64,000 nt of DNA from Dyella sp. (GTDB taxonomy: Bacteria > Pseudomonadota > Gammaproteobacteria > Xanthomonadales > Rhodanobacteraceae), in assembly GCF_036568765.1 (NCBI RefSeq), contig NZ_DATCRY010000019.1, forward strand, positions 6,404-70,403. The letters are read 5' to 3'. Positions 46,807 through 56,822 of this stretch are shown one piece after another. Every line of letters begins with the position of its first letter. Position 1 is the first letter of the stretch. The notes beneath the pieces were generated by a model. It saw only the letters and a program-made list of their open reading frames with translations. It was not told the DNA's origin and searched no databases. Position numbers and translations under genes: made by a program.

Positions 46807-47745
46807 TTGTTCTTCACCATGACCTATGTGTTCAACCGCAGCCTGGTAAGTGGCGGCGGTCATTGGGCCTGGGCGGGCATCTTGCGTTACCTGATCACGT
46901 TGCCCTTGCTGGCGGTCGTACTGCCCTGGCGCGGTGGCCTGGGCGAACTGCCGCGCGAGCTGAAGCATCATCCGCGTAGCTGGCTGCTCTGGAGTTCGGT
47001 CGGTTTCGTGCTGTTCGGTGTGCCATTGACCTGGGCCGCGCAAAGCGGTCCCTCATGGCTGATTGCCGGCAGTTTCCAGACCACTGTGCTTGCCGGTCCG
47101 CTATTGGCGCCGCTGATCTATAGCGACGAGCGGCGCTATCTCGCTTGGCCAAGCTTGGCCATTGGCGCACTGATCGTTGTCGGGGTATTTGCCTTGCAAT
47201 GGGCGCATGCCGGCGGTGTCCTGCGTGCCAGCGACTGGCTGGCAGTCGGAGCGGTGGTGCTCTCGGCGTTCGCTTATCCCCTGGGCAATCGCATGCTGCT
47301 CCTGCACCTGGAGCGTACGGGTACGCACCTCAACGCTGTGCAGCGGGTTTTCGGCATGACGCTGTGTAGTTGGCCGTTGTGGTTGCTGTTTGCGGTCATC
47401 GCGTGGTGCACGTTAGGGCCGCCCAGTTGGCGTGAGGTATGGCTGGCGGGCGGCGTAGCCCTGTTCTCGGGCACGATTGCCACGGTGCTGTTCTTTGCCG
47501 CCACCGATATGGTGCGCAACCAGCCTACGGCGCTGGCCGGGGTCGAGGCGATGCAGGCGGCCGAGCTGCTGTTCGCCACAATAATCGGCGCGACCTTTTT
47601 GGGCGAGGCGTGGCCGCATGGCCTGGCGCTCGTCGGTGCGGCGGCGATCGTCGTAGGCATTGCGTTGTTCGGCTGGATCAGCGGTCGCGAGGCGGCGGGA
47701 CACGAGCGTGAAGTAAGCGAGCTGCGCAGCGATCGCGGTGCTTGA
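46807..47745 (+). CDS. DMT/EmrE-like multi-TM efflux-type transporter; start codon unresolved
   Basis: Ten hydrophobic helices. The N-terminal motif FFTMTYVFNRSLVSGGGHWAWAGILRY resembles multidrug-resistance efflux transporter family proteins. Helix 1 appears to begin upstream of the first canonical start (TTG 46807). Confidence 0.6.
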   Translation: MFFTMTYVFNRSLVSGGGHWAWAGILRYLITLPLLAVVLPWRGGLGELPRELKHHPRSWLLWSSVGFVLFGVPLTWAAQSGPSWLIAGSFQTTVLAGPLLAPLIYSDERRYLAWPSLAIGALIVVGVFALQWAHAGGVLRASDWLAVGAVVLSAFAYPLGNRMLLLHLERTGTHLNAVQRVFGMTLCSWPLWLLFAVIAWCTLGPPSWREVWLAGGVALFSGTIATVLFFAATDMVRNQPTALAGVEAMQAAELLFATIIGATFLGEAWPHGLALVGAAAIVVGIALFGWISGREAAGHEREVSELRSDRGA

Positions 47746-47906
47746 ATCGAGGTAAGTAAGCGGCGGATGAGCTTCCTCAAGCTTCCCGGCATATCGATAT
47801 CGCACAATGTTTTAAACTGGCGATTGCCGCCTACCTTGCCGGAATCTATGGGTTTTGTGCCATGATGCGGCGGCTGAACCTTGGGGTATGGGGTGTCGTT
47901 CGGGGC

Positions 47907-48491
47907 ATGACTAGCAAGCGTGATAGCGCATCCAATCTTCGGTTGCCGCAGTTGGCGACAGCCGAGCCGCGCGCAGACATTCGCGGCTTTGACGGCTTCC
48001 TGCGGGATCAATACCATAACTTGGTGACCTTCCTACGCCGCCGGACCGCTAACGAGCAAGATGCCGAGGACGCGGCGCAGGAAAGCATGACCAAGCTGCT
48101 GCGTTACCGGGAGTCCGAACCCGCCTCGGCGTGGAAGCAACTCCTGTATCGGATCGCGGTCAACGTGGCTCATGACCAGTTCCGCGTCTCGCTTACGCAT
48201 TACAGCAAAGATCATGTCACGCTCGACGGTCAGGATATCGTCGATACCGAGCTTTCTCCGGAGGAGCGCGTCGCTTACGAACAGCAGGTGGCGCGGCTGA
48301 GCCAGGCCATCCTGGAATTGCCGCCCAAATGCCAGCGGGTTTATCTGCTCAAGCGTGTACATGGCTTGAGCCGCGCGCAAATCGCCGAACGTTGCGGTAT
48401 TTCGGTCAAAATGGTCGAAAAGCATCTCGCTACCGCACTGGTTCTGCTGAAGCGGAAGGTAGGCGATTCCCCAGCGCGCACGTTTGAGTGA
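47907..48491 (+). CDS. ECF (FecI-type) RNA polymerase sigma factor
   Basis: Region 2 DAEDAAQESMTKLL...YRIAVNVAHD. Region 4 RVYLLKRVHGLSRAQIAERCGISVKMVEKHL. Start uncertain (47862 or 47907). Confidence 0.8.
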   Translation: MTSKRDSASNLRLPQLATAEPRADIRGFDGFLRDQYHNLVTFLRRRTANEQDAEDAAQESMTKLLRYRESEPASAWKQLLYRIAVNVAHDQFRVSLTHYSKDHVTLDGQDIVDTELSPEERVAYEQQVARLSQAILELPPKCQRVYLLKRVHGLSRAQIAERCGISVKMVEKHLATALVLLKRKVGDSPARTFE

Positions 48492-49504
48492 ACATGGCAG
48501 AGCGAATTTTCGACCAGCATCCCGGCTCAGGCGCGCAGGACGACGCCGAGCGCTGGTTCGTGCGTCTGCTGGAACCGGACTGCCCTCGCGTGGTGCGTGA
48601 GGATTTCGAGCGCTGGCGGGCCGCCGATCCGGCCCATGCCGCCGCCTACCGCGAGGTCGAATACCTATGGACGCAAAGCGGCGAAGCGGTCAAGGACGCC
48701 GCGGTCGCCGAAGCCGCGCGCCGTGCCTTGCAGCGCACACCGGCCGAGCCTTGGTTCTTGCGCCGCCGCTGGTTGTTCCCGGCCGCGGCACTCGGCCTGG
48801 CGGCGGTGCTGGCGGTGGTGGCGTTGCCACGCTTTTCCACACCGTCGTCGCCTGTGGGCACGCACTATGCTGCGCTGGCAGGCCAGCAACGTACCGTGCA
48901 GCTAAGCGATGGCTCCAGCATTCTGCTCAATACCGATACCGAAATCGTCGAGCGCTACGACACTCATACGCGCCGTATCGACCTGCTGCATGGCCAGGCT
49001 CAGTTCCAGGTGCAGGGTAATAAAGCCTGGCCGTTCGTGGTGCATGCCGGAGAGGGGACGGTGACCGCTGTGGGCACCCAGTTCCAGGTGCGAGTCGACG
49101 GCGAAACCACAGGCGTGATTCTGCTCAAGGGCAAGGTGGATGTGGCGACTCAAGTGCCCGATACCGCGCCGCAGACCGTGTCGCTCATCGCCGGGCAGCA
49201 GGTGGCCTATGATCGCACCGGGCGCATCGCCGCGGTACAGCCTGCGGATAACGAATTGGCAAAGGGGTGGACCGAAGGCAAGTTGTATGCGCACGATTGG
49301 CGCTTGCCGGATCTATTGGCGGAAATGAATCGCTATAGCGCCACGCAAGTGAGTATTGGCGATCCCTCCTTGCGCAGCGTGCGCATCAGCGGTGCCTTTC
49401 GCACGGGCGATCAAGAGAATCTGATTCTGGCTTTGCAGGCCGGTTGGCAGATTCGTGCCGAACGTCAAAAAGACGGTCGTATAGTGCTGCGTAGCAGCAG
49501 GTAA
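48488..49504 (+). CDS. FecR-family transmembrane anti-sigma factor/sensor
   Basis: N-terminal anti-sigma segment W..RL, a single TM (LFPAAALGLAAVLAVVAL), and a periplasmic FecR domain (LSDGSSILLNTDTEI...). The start overlaps the sigma gene stop. Confidence 0.8.
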   Translation: MNMAERIFDQHPGSGAQDDAERWFVRLLEPDCPRVVREDFERWRAADPAHAAAYREVEYLWTQSGEAVKDAAVAEAARRALQRTPAEPWFLRRRWLFPAAALGLAAVLAVVALPRFSTPSSPVGTHYAALAGQQRTVQLSDGSSILLNTDTEIVERYDTHTRRIDLLHGQAQFQVQGNKAWPFVVHAGEGTVTAVGTQFQVRVDGETTGVILLKGKVDVATQVPDTAPQTVSLIAGQQVAYDRTGRIAAVQPADNELAKGWTEGKLYAHDWRLPDLLAEMNRYSATQVSIGDPSLRSVRISGAFRTGDQENLILALQAGWQIRAERQKDGRIVLRSSR

Positions 49505-49532
49505 AACCTGCATTGCTTCGCAATTTTCGCGT

Positions 49533-49563
49533 AAGGCGGCCGATGTGCCGCCTTTTTTGTTTT
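49533..49563 (+). terminator. Rho-independent terminator after fecR-like gene
   Basis: AAGGCGGC-CGATGT-GCCGCCTT followed by TTTTGTTTT. Confidence 0.6.
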
Positions 49564-49798
49564 CACGGGTAGGTGTTTCCCTCGCGAAACCGTCTTACCC
49601 ATGGCGACAGCTGATTGTGCTTGCGGCCAGGGAGGGCAGGGGACGCAGGCATGAAGCGATGAATGGGTGAGGGCGTCGCAGATCTTTTGCGAGTGGAGGG
49701 GTCGCACTGGCTGCGACAAAAAACGACCGACGCATGTGGCCCTTCGAGGGTTGCAATGGTCTTGTTCGTCTCAAAAAAATCCAAACAGGAGTTCACTG

Positions 49799-52399
49799 AT
49801 GTCGAGCAGTCTTCGTAAGTCGGGGTATCGCAAGGCGTTACTGCCGGCGGCGCTGTCGCTGGCCATGTTCGCCGCTTCGGCGCACGCCGCCGATTCGTGG
49901 GTGCAGACCCATACCCATGCGGGTTTGCAAAAGAACAGCAACACGAATGTTTCCACGCTGGTCATGACCGGGCATCCGACGATCGATGCCACGCAGATCA
50001 TGCCCCTCGAGGCAAGCCGCCAGCTGCATGTAAGCGTCAGCTTGAACCAGCGCAATGTCGAGGACCTGCAGAATTTCCTGCAGGACGTGAACATGCCCGG
50101 CAGCGCGAACTATCACAAGTTCCTGACCCCTGAGCAGTTCAAGGCGAAGTATGCCCCGACGGACGCGCAGGTGCAGGCGGTGGTCGCGCATTTGCAGAAG
50201 TACGGCTTTACGAATATCGAAGTCTCGCCGAACAACCTGTTCGTTTCGGCCGATGGCACGGCGATGAGCGCGAGCGCCGCGTTCAACACCACGCTGAAGA
50301 CGTTCCAGTTCAAGGGCGAGCAGCATTTTGCCAATGACGCCGAGGCGATGGTGCCTGCTTCGCTGGGCGGCGTCGTCAATGCGGTGTTGGGCCTGCAGGA
50401 TTACAACCGCCCGCACGTCATGTCGCATCGCCTGAACCCGGATGAGGTCAAGACCTTTGCCGCGGCCGGACAGGTCGGCCATCAGCCGACCGATTTCGCG
50501 TCGATCTACAATGCAGGCAGTACGCCGACCGCGTCGAATACCGTGGTCGGCATTATTACCTGGGGTGACATGACCCAGACCATTGCCGATCTGAAAACGT
50601 TCACCACCGCGCATGGCCTGCCCACCGTCAATACGCTGACGGTCAAAGGCAGCACCGGCACGCTCGCCAACGATGGCGACGATGGTGAATGGGCTCTGGA
50701 CAGCCAGGACATCATCGGTGTTTCCGGTGGCGTCAAGCAGCTGATTTTCTACGCTGCCATCAACGGCAACAGCAGCGACAGCGGCCTGACGGACGCCAAT
50801 ATCACCGCCGCCTACAACAAGGCGGTGACCGACAATGTCGCCAAGGTGATCAACGTTTCGCTCGGCGAAGATGAAACGGCAGCACACAATTCGGGTATCC
50901 AGTCCTCCGACGACCAGGTCTTTGCCCAGGCCGTCGCCCAGGGGCAGACCTTCTCGATCGCCTCGGGCGACGCAGGCGTCTACCAGTGGTCGACCGATGC
51001 TTCGACGGGCTCGCCTGGCTATATCGCCAATTCCAGCGGCACGGTGAAGATCGATCTGACTCATTACAGCGTCAGCGAGCCGGCTTCGTCGCCCAACGTG
51101 ATCTCGGTGGGTGGCACCACGCTCTCGACGACCGGTACCACCACATGGTCGGGCGAGACGGTGTGGAACGAGGGCTTGGCGCATATCACATCGAGCTCGA
51201 GCTCGAACGAGCGTCTATGGGCGACGGGCGGTGGTCTTAGCTTGTTCGAAACCGCTCCGGCCTGGCAGACCGCAGCGCTGGGCTCGTCGGTGACTAAGCG
51301 TTCGGTGCCGGATCTTGCGTTCGACGCCGCTTCGTCGACCGGCGCGATCATCGTTGCCAACGGCCAGTCGGGCCAGCAGTACGGCGGTACCAGCCTTGCC
51401 TCGCCGATCTTCGTCGGTATCTGGGCGCGCATCCAGTCGGCCAACAACAACTCGCTGGGCTTTCCGGCGCAGGACATGTACACCAACTTCGTCAGCGATA
51501 CCACGCCGCTGCATGACGTGACCTCCGGCAACAACGGCTACCAGAGCCACGGCTACAACGCTGCCGCCGGCTACGACAACACCACCGGCTGGGGCAGCCT
51601 GGATATTGCCAAGTTCAATAGCTATGTCACCCAGTACTTCGGCGGTGGCGGCACCAACCCGCCGCCCGGTTCGCCGGTGGCCAACTTCACCGATACGGTC
51701 AGCGGCCTGACTGTGAACTTCACCAATACCTCGACCGATACCGGCGGCACGATCACCTCGTACGCCTGGACCTTTGGCGATGGCGGTACTTCGACCTCGG
51801 CCAGCCCGAGCCACACCTACACGGCGGCCGGCACGTATTCGGTCAGCCTGAAGGTGACCGATAGCACCGGCGCGACCAATACCAAGAATGGTTCGGTCAC
51901 GGTGAGCAGCAGCGGTGGCGGCTCGACACAGTTGCTGACCAACGGCGGCTTCGAAAGCTCGGCCTCGCCCTGGACGGTGAGCTCGGGTGCTTACTGCACG
52001 AATAGCACCTGCTCGGGCGAAACCGCGCACGGTGGCACCGGGTTCCTGTGGCTCGACGGCTATGGCCAGACCCATACCGATACGGCCACGCAGTCGGTAA
52101 CCATCCCCAGCGGCAAGACCTCGGCTACGCTGACCTACTACCTGCATATCGATACGGCCGAGACCACGACCAGCACGGCCTACGACAAGTTCACCGTGCA
52201 GGTGACCAACAGCGCAGGCACGGTCCTGGCCACCGTCGGTTCGTTCTCGAACCTCAACAAGAACTCGGGTTATGCGGTCCATACCGCCGATCTGAGCGCG
52301 TACATCGGTCAGACCGTGAAGATCAAATTCACGGGCACCGAGGACTCCTCGCTGCAGACCTCGTTCGTGCTGGACGACGTGTCCCTGACGGTCCAGTAA
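49799..52399 (+). CDS. Secreted S53 (sedolisin/kumamolisin-type) serine peptidase with pro-domain, PKD domain and C-terminal jelly-roll-like domain
   Basis: AGGAG RBS and signal peptide. GEWALDSQD (catalytic Glu/Asp region), [12 protein letters not shown] (Ser nucleophile), PKD repeat [25 protein letters not shown]...[15 protein letters not shown]. Confidence 0.85.
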   Translation: MSSSLRKSGYRKALLPAALSLAMFAASAHAADSWVQTHTHAGLQKNSNTNVSTLVMTGHPTIDATQIMPLEASRQLHVSVSLNQRNVEDLQNFLQDVNMPGSANYHKFLTPEQFKAKYAPTDAQVQAVVAHLQKYGFTNIEVSPNNLFVSADGTAMSASAAFNTTLKTFQFKGEQHFANDAEAMVPASLGGVVNAVLGLQDYNRPHVMSHRLNPDEVKTFAAAGQVGHQPTDFASIYNAGSTPTASNTVVGIITWGDMTQTIADLKTFTTAHGLPTVNTLTVKGSTGTLANDGDDGEWALDSQDIIGVSGGVKQLIFYAAINGNSSDSGLTDANITAAYNKAVTDNVAKVINVSLGEDETAAHNSGIQSSDDQVFAQAVAQGQTFSIASGDAGVYQWSTDASTGSPGYIANSSGTVKIDLTHYSVSEPASSPNVISVGGTTLSTTGTTTWSGETVWNEGLAHITSSSSSNERLWATGGGLSLFETAPAWQTAALGSSVTKRSVPDLAFDAASSTGAIIVANGQSGQQYGGTSLASPIFVGIWARIQSANNNSLGFPAQDMYTNFVSDTTPLHDVTSGNNGYQSHGYNAAAGYDNTTGWGSLDIAKFNSYVTQYFGGGGTNPPPGSPVANFTDTVSGLTVNFTNTSTDTGGTITSYAWTFGDGGTSTSASPSHTYTAAGTYSVSLKVTDSTGATNTKNGSVTVSSSGGGSTQLLTNGGFESSASPWTVSSGAYCTNSTCSGETAHGGTGFLWLDGYGQTHTDTATQSVTIPSGKTSATLTYYLHIDTAETTTSTAYDKFTVQVTNSAGTVLATVGSFSNLNKNSGYAVHTADLSAYIGQTVKIKFTGTEDSSLQTSFVLDDVSLTVQ

Positions 52400-52453
52400 C
52401 GCAGGCCGCGGCCTGCCGGCGGCGCACGGGGAGGTGCGCCGCCAGGGAAGGGA

Positions 52454-52487
52454 GAAGCCCGGTCGCGTGCGACCGGGCTTCTTTCTG
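52454..52487 (+). terminator. Rho-independent terminator after the S53 peptidase gene
   Basis: GAAGCCCGGTCGC-GT-GCGACCGGGCTTC followed by TTTCTGT. Confidence 0.6.
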
Positions 52488-52662
52488 TCGGGAAGCCTCC
52501 GAGGCGTGCCGGGGCCGCTGTTTTTGGCCGCGCCGCCATGCTCTACTTGGGGCGCTTTTTCCGACTCGAGCATGGCAGGCTGGTGAACGCCCTGGCTATC
52601 CACCACAACCTTGCATTCGCTGCCCCGACAGGCGCCCTGCGCGTCCGCCGCGCCAAGGTGCT

Positions 52663-55600
52663 ATGCGCGTCGTAAGCCGCCTGTGCGCGTTGCCATTGGC
52701 CCTGACTTATGCCTTGTTACTGGGCATGTCGCCGGTCGCTGCGGCGTTGCCGGCACAGGCGCGAAGCTATGCCATCGCGTCGAGCGATCTGCGTAGTGCG
52801 CTAGATGCGCTGGCCACCCAAAGCGACGTGGAAATCGTGTACGCGCCGGAGCTGGTAGCGGGTAAGCATACGGAGGGCGTGACCGGACACCTCACGCCGG
52901 AAGAAGCCCTGCGTAAGCTGCTCAATGGCACCGGCTTAGCCTGGAAGGCGGTCAACGAGTCGACATTCGTTCTGCAGTACGCGCCGTCGCCGCATCACAA
53001 CCTGCCGCCGACGAAGGAAGCCGCCATCGCGCGGATCGACGTGCCGCGCACCCTGGAAGCGTTCAACGTCAGCGGTTCGCTGATCAACAATGCGCAAGTC
53101 CAGACGGCCACGCCGACATATACGATGAGCGCGGAGACGATTGCCGCGCGTGGTTTCAATAGCGTGGCCGAGGCTTTGGAAAACATCGTGCTGGCGACCG
53201 GTTCCGTGCAGGGCCCGCAGACGGCCGGTTCGTTTACCCAGGGAGCGCAGGCAGTCAGCCTCAATGGATTTGGGCCCGGTTTTACTTCGATCCTGATCGA
53301 TGGCAAGCCGATCGCGAGTTTCGGCCGCCTCTACGATGGCACCAACAACTTCACGAGCGTTTCCAATATTCCATTGTCGATGGTCGAACGCATCGATGTG
53401 ATGCCAGGTGGCGCTTCCTCGATCTACGGTTCGCAAGCCGTCGCCGGTGTGATCAACATCGTTACTCGGCAACATATCGACGGCACTGAAGTGTCGGCGC
53501 GCGCAGGTGTCTACACCGGCGGCGGCGGTGCGAATCAGCGAGTGTCGTTCGGTTACGGGCGAGATGTCGGCAAACTCAACGTGCTGGCCATGTTCGAATT
53601 CGACAACGCGCTGCCGATCTGGGGTTATCAGCGAACGCTCACTTCTGGCTCGCGCGCCAATCCAAACGGCAGGGCGACGCCCGGGCTGCAAGCGGGCGTA
53701 GGCGATTACGGCACGATCGATACGTTTACCGGCTATTTGCAGAGCTACGTGGATCCGCCGGCCGGTTGCGCCAGCGGCCTGTTCGGCGGCAGTACCATGG
53801 CTGTCGCAGGACGAGGCGTGTCGGGTCACTATTGTGGCTCCACCGAACTGGATGGCTATACCACCTTCAGCAATCGCAGCCGTAGCTACGACGGCATGCT
53901 CAAACTCAAGTATGACCTGAGCCCCAATCTACGGTTGTACAGCGATGTGCTGCTCGACTGGCAGGAACAAAAATGGTTTTCCGGCACGGTCGGTTGGGGG
54001 CCGGACGATCTGCCTGGAGGTGCGATCGAAGATGCCTCGAACGGCCATATCCTTTATCCGGCGAAGAACTATGCGCCCGAGGAAATGCCCGGCGGTGCTA
54101 CCGGCCAGATGGTGCGGCAACAGGACCTGATGTACCAGGCCGATATCGGTATCAGCGGGCGTATCGGCGATTCCAATTGGGATTGGGATCTTTACTACCT
54201 GAGGTCGAGCGATCGCACGCGAGTCACCGAGCAACTGGGTATCGCGACGCGAGTGGATGCGTTCTTCACCAACTTGTTGCGTCCGGATGGCTTCGATCCG
54301 GATACAGGCCTCGGCTTGTACACCCCCGACTATGGCGCCTTCTTTGCGCCGCTCACGCCTTCGCAGTACGCCAGTTTTACCCGCGGTGTGGGCGAGTTTA
54401 GCAAGACCTGGATCAACGACACGCGCCTGACATTCAGTAACGCGCACCTCTTCGCATTGCCTGGCGGCGATGCGGCCATCGCGGTCCTGGCCGAAGGCGG
54501 CGGTGAGGCATGGTATGAGCCGATCAATCCGTTATTCGCCGATGGCGATGTGTTCGAGCACGCCACCACCGGGGGCGGCGGCCGCCGTTCGCATGGGGCG
54601 GCTGCGTTCGAATTGAATATGCCTTTGTTTCAGCCGCTGACAGTGGATCTGTCCGGTCGTTATGACTATTACTCTTCCGAGCTGGCAGCGAGCAACAGCC
54701 GCTTCACCTACAAGGGAGGTATCGAGTATCGACCCTACGATAGCCTGCTGCTGCGCGGTAACTACACCACGGCTTTCAAGGCACCGGACCTATCCGCAAT
54801 TTATCTGGAGCCGTCCAGTTATTACACCGATATCACCGATTACTATCGTTGCGCGCTTGCTGGTAGCAGCAGTTGTCAGGGTTTTACCGATCAGGTGATG
54901 GGGCAGTCGCTCGCCAATACTCAGCTGCAGCCTACGACGGCAAAGAGCTGGAGCGTCGGCGGCGTGTGGTCGCCGACCGAACGCTTCAGTTTCAGTGCCG
55001 ATTACCTGCACACGGCGGTCAAGGACGAAGTCATTCTGCAGGACACCGACATTCTTGCGCGCCTGGACGCCCAGTGCCTGCTGGGCGAGCTCGATAACCA
55101 GTCGGCGCAATGCGTGGCCATCACCAATCCGGTCGACGGCCAAGTACAGCGCGGATTCGTCAACGCGAACTTGCGTGCAGCGGTGGCTGCGCTCGATGCC
55201 GGTCCGATTACCGGCGTTACAACGTATTACGCCAACCTTGCCAATGAAGTCGTCGATTCTCTGGTCGCCACCGGTCGTTATGCCTTCGCCCCAACGCGCT
55301 GGGGCAAGTTCGATCTGCAACTGGCTTATAGCGATATTCTCAAGCATGACTACCAATTGGCACCCGGCCAGATGCCTATCGACGAGCTCACCGATCCTAT
55401 GTACAACGCCGGGTTCAAGAGCATCGTCAATGGCACAGTGGATTGGATCAGCGGTAACGATCGCTGGAAGAGTACGCTGTACGGCCGTCGCTATGGGCCG
55501 GTCCCGAACTATCGCGCACAGGTCAGCGGGACCGATAGCAACGGTGCAGGGCGTCTGCATCCATGGATTACCTTCAATTGGACGCTGGCTTATAGTCCGA

Positions 55601-55767
55601 CCCGCGATCTTTCGCTGGGTTTGCTGGTCAATAATATCGCTAACAAGATGCCGCCGCGCGACCGAAGCGACACGATGTATCCGTATTTCAACGACGAAAA
55701 CTACAATGTCTACGGTCGCGAAGTAATGCTTCAGGCTACCTATCGCTTCGCTCCCGACTCGCCTTGA
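52663..55767 (+). CDS. TonB-dependent receptor/transducer with N-terminal STN signalling domain
   Basis: Signal peptide. STN-type segment YAIASSDLRSALDALATQSDVEIVY...LRKLLNGTGLAWK. Plug (IDVMPGGASSIYGSQAVAGVINIVT) and a long beta-barrel ending ...LQATYRF plus 5 aa. The upstream part of the 52048 ORF overlaps the S53 gene and is discounted. Confidence 0.85.
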   Translation: MRVVSRLCALPLALTYALLLGMSPVAAALPAQARSYAIASSDLRSALDALATQSDVEIVYAPELVAGKHTEGVTGHLTPEEALRKLLNGTGLAWKAVNESTFVLQYAPSPHHNLPPTKEAAIARIDVPRTLEAFNVSGSLINNAQVQTATPTYTMSAETIAARGFNSVAEALENIVLATGSVQGPQTAGSFTQGAQAVSLNGFGPGFTSILIDGKPIASFGRLYDGTNNFTSVSNIPLSMVERIDVMPGGASSIYGSQAVAGVINIVTRQHIDGTEVSARAGVYTGGGGANQRVSFGYGRDVGKLNVLAMFEFDNALPIWGYQRTLTSGSRANPNGRATPGLQAGVGDYGTIDTFTGYLQSYVDPPAGCASGLFGGSTMAVAGRGVSGHYCGSTELDGYTTFSNRSRSYDGMLKLKYDLSPNLRLYSDVLLDWQEQKWFSGTVGWGPDDLPGGAIEDASNGHILYPAKNYAPEEMPGGATGQMVRQQDLMYQADIGISGRIGDSNWDWDLYYLRSSDRTRVTEQLGIATRVDAFFTNLLRPDGFDPDTGLGLYTPDYGAFFAPLTPSQYASFTRGVGEFSKTWINDTRLTFSNAHLFALPGGDAAIAVLAEGGGEAWYEPINPLFADGDVFEHATTGGGGRRSHGAAAFELNMPLFQPLTVDLSGRYDYYSSELAASNSRFTYKGGIEYRPYDSLLLRGNYTTAFKAPDLSAIYLEPSSYYTDITDYYRCALAGSSSCQGFTDQVMGQSLANTQLQPTTAKSWSVGGVWSPTERFSFSADYLHTAVKDEVILQDTDILARLDAQCLLGELDNQSAQCVAITNPVDGQVQRGFVNANLRAAVAALDAGPITGVTTYYANLANEVVDSLVATGRYAFAPTRWGKFDLQLAYSDILKHDYQLAPGQMPIDELTDPMYNAGFKSIVNGTVDWISGNDRWKSTLYGRRYGPVPNYRAQVSGTDSNGAGRLHPWITFNWTLAYSPTRDLSLGLLVNNIANKMPPRDRSDTMYPYFNDENYNVYGREVMLQATYRFAPDSP

Positions 55768-55815
55768 GCGTTACTTCACATACACGTCGCTAGCTTCGCC
55801 TCAAGCGAGGTGATC

Positions 55816-56724
55816 ATGCGCAGGTTTTTTCGACTGATCCGAGATACATTGCGTGTGGCCGTCGACGGATTCCTCGACGATGAGCTGATGACGCGAGCCT
55901 CGGCGCTGGCATTCTGGTCGTCGCTCTCGTTTGCGCCGATCCTGGTATTGACGTTGTGGAGTCTGTCGGTGCTGCGGCCATCGTCGCAGGATCAACTGGT
56001 CGTCATGTTGGCAGGCGTGCTCGGCCGGGAAGGAGCCGCGGCCGTCAAGCTGGTATTGGACAACGCCCGGCAGCAACCGCGACTGGGCAACATTCTGGGA
56101 TTGATCGGCGTCGGCGTGACTGTGTTCAGTGCTTCGACGGTGTTCGCGCAATTACAGTCCACGCTTAATCGCATTTTCGGATTGCAGATCAAACCAGGTG
56201 CGCGCCATGCCGTGCTTAGCTGGCTCAGCATGCGTGCTCGCGCCGTCGGCTTGTTGATTGGAATTTTTTTCCTGTTGATTGTGTCTTTCGTGGTCAGCGC
56301 GATCATTCAGGGTGTGATGCCAGGGGACACCCGAGCTTGGCAAGTATTCGAGATCGCGGTCTCGCTGCTGGTGTTCGTCTTGGCCTTCGGCGCGATGTAC
56401 AAAGTGTTGCCGGATGCGAACATTCCATGGAGGGATGCATCGCGAGGAGCGGTATTGACGGCTGTGCTGTTCGTTATTGGGCAGTTTGCCATCGGTATTT
56501 ATCTGGATCGGGCCAAAGTTGGCGGAGCTTATGGTCCTGCCGGAGCGATCGTTGTGTTGCTCACGTGGATGTATTACGCGTCGGTAATTGTGTTGCTGGG
56601 CGCCGAGTTGACGCATGGCTTGGCGGTGGCGCGTGGCGCGAGGATGGTTCCGAACCGTTACGCGCAACCGATGGATGATGACCATCGAGAGGAGCTCGCT
56701 TCATCCGAACCTCCGGAGAAGTGA
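55816..56724 (+). CDS. YihY/BrkB-family inner membrane protein
   Basis: ASALAFWSSLSFAPILVL...YASVIVLLGAEL motifs and six hydrophobic helices. Confidence 0.75.
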   Translation: MRRFFRLIRDTLRVAVDGFLDDELMTRASALAFWSSLSFAPILVLTLWSLSVLRPSSQDQLVVMLAGVLGREGAAAVKLVLDNARQQPRLGNILGLIGVGVTVFSASTVFAQLQSTLNRIFGLQIKPGARHAVLSWLSMRARAVGLLIGIFFLLIVSFVVSAIIQGVMPGDTRAWQVFEIAVSLLVFVLAFGAMYKVLPDANIPWRDASRGAVLTAVLFVIGQFAIGIYLDRAKVGGAYGPAGAIVVLLTWMYYASVIVLLGAELTHGLAVARGARMVPNRYAQPMDDDHREELASSEPPEK

Positions 56725-56822
56725 GTGAATGGGAGCGAGGAGTGAGTGAGAGGAGCCGGCGCGCGTTGGCTTTCTCTACTTTCTCGCTTCTCTTCACTCG
56801 TTTTCTTCAATATCGGGATTCT

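Noticed and set aside
52048-52662. The 5' 205 codons of the 1239-aa track ORF, overlapping the S53 gene and its terminator.
   Set aside because: The translated extension is Arg/Pro-rich nonsense. A terminator lies inside it. A signal peptide and STN domain start at Met 52663.
55750-55767. TonB-dependent receptor ends ...ATYRF-APDSP instead of at the usual terminal aromatic residue.
   Set aside because: A five-residue tail may be natural variation. There is no evidence of a frameshift, because the stop is in frame and clean, so it is not flagged as a pseudogene.
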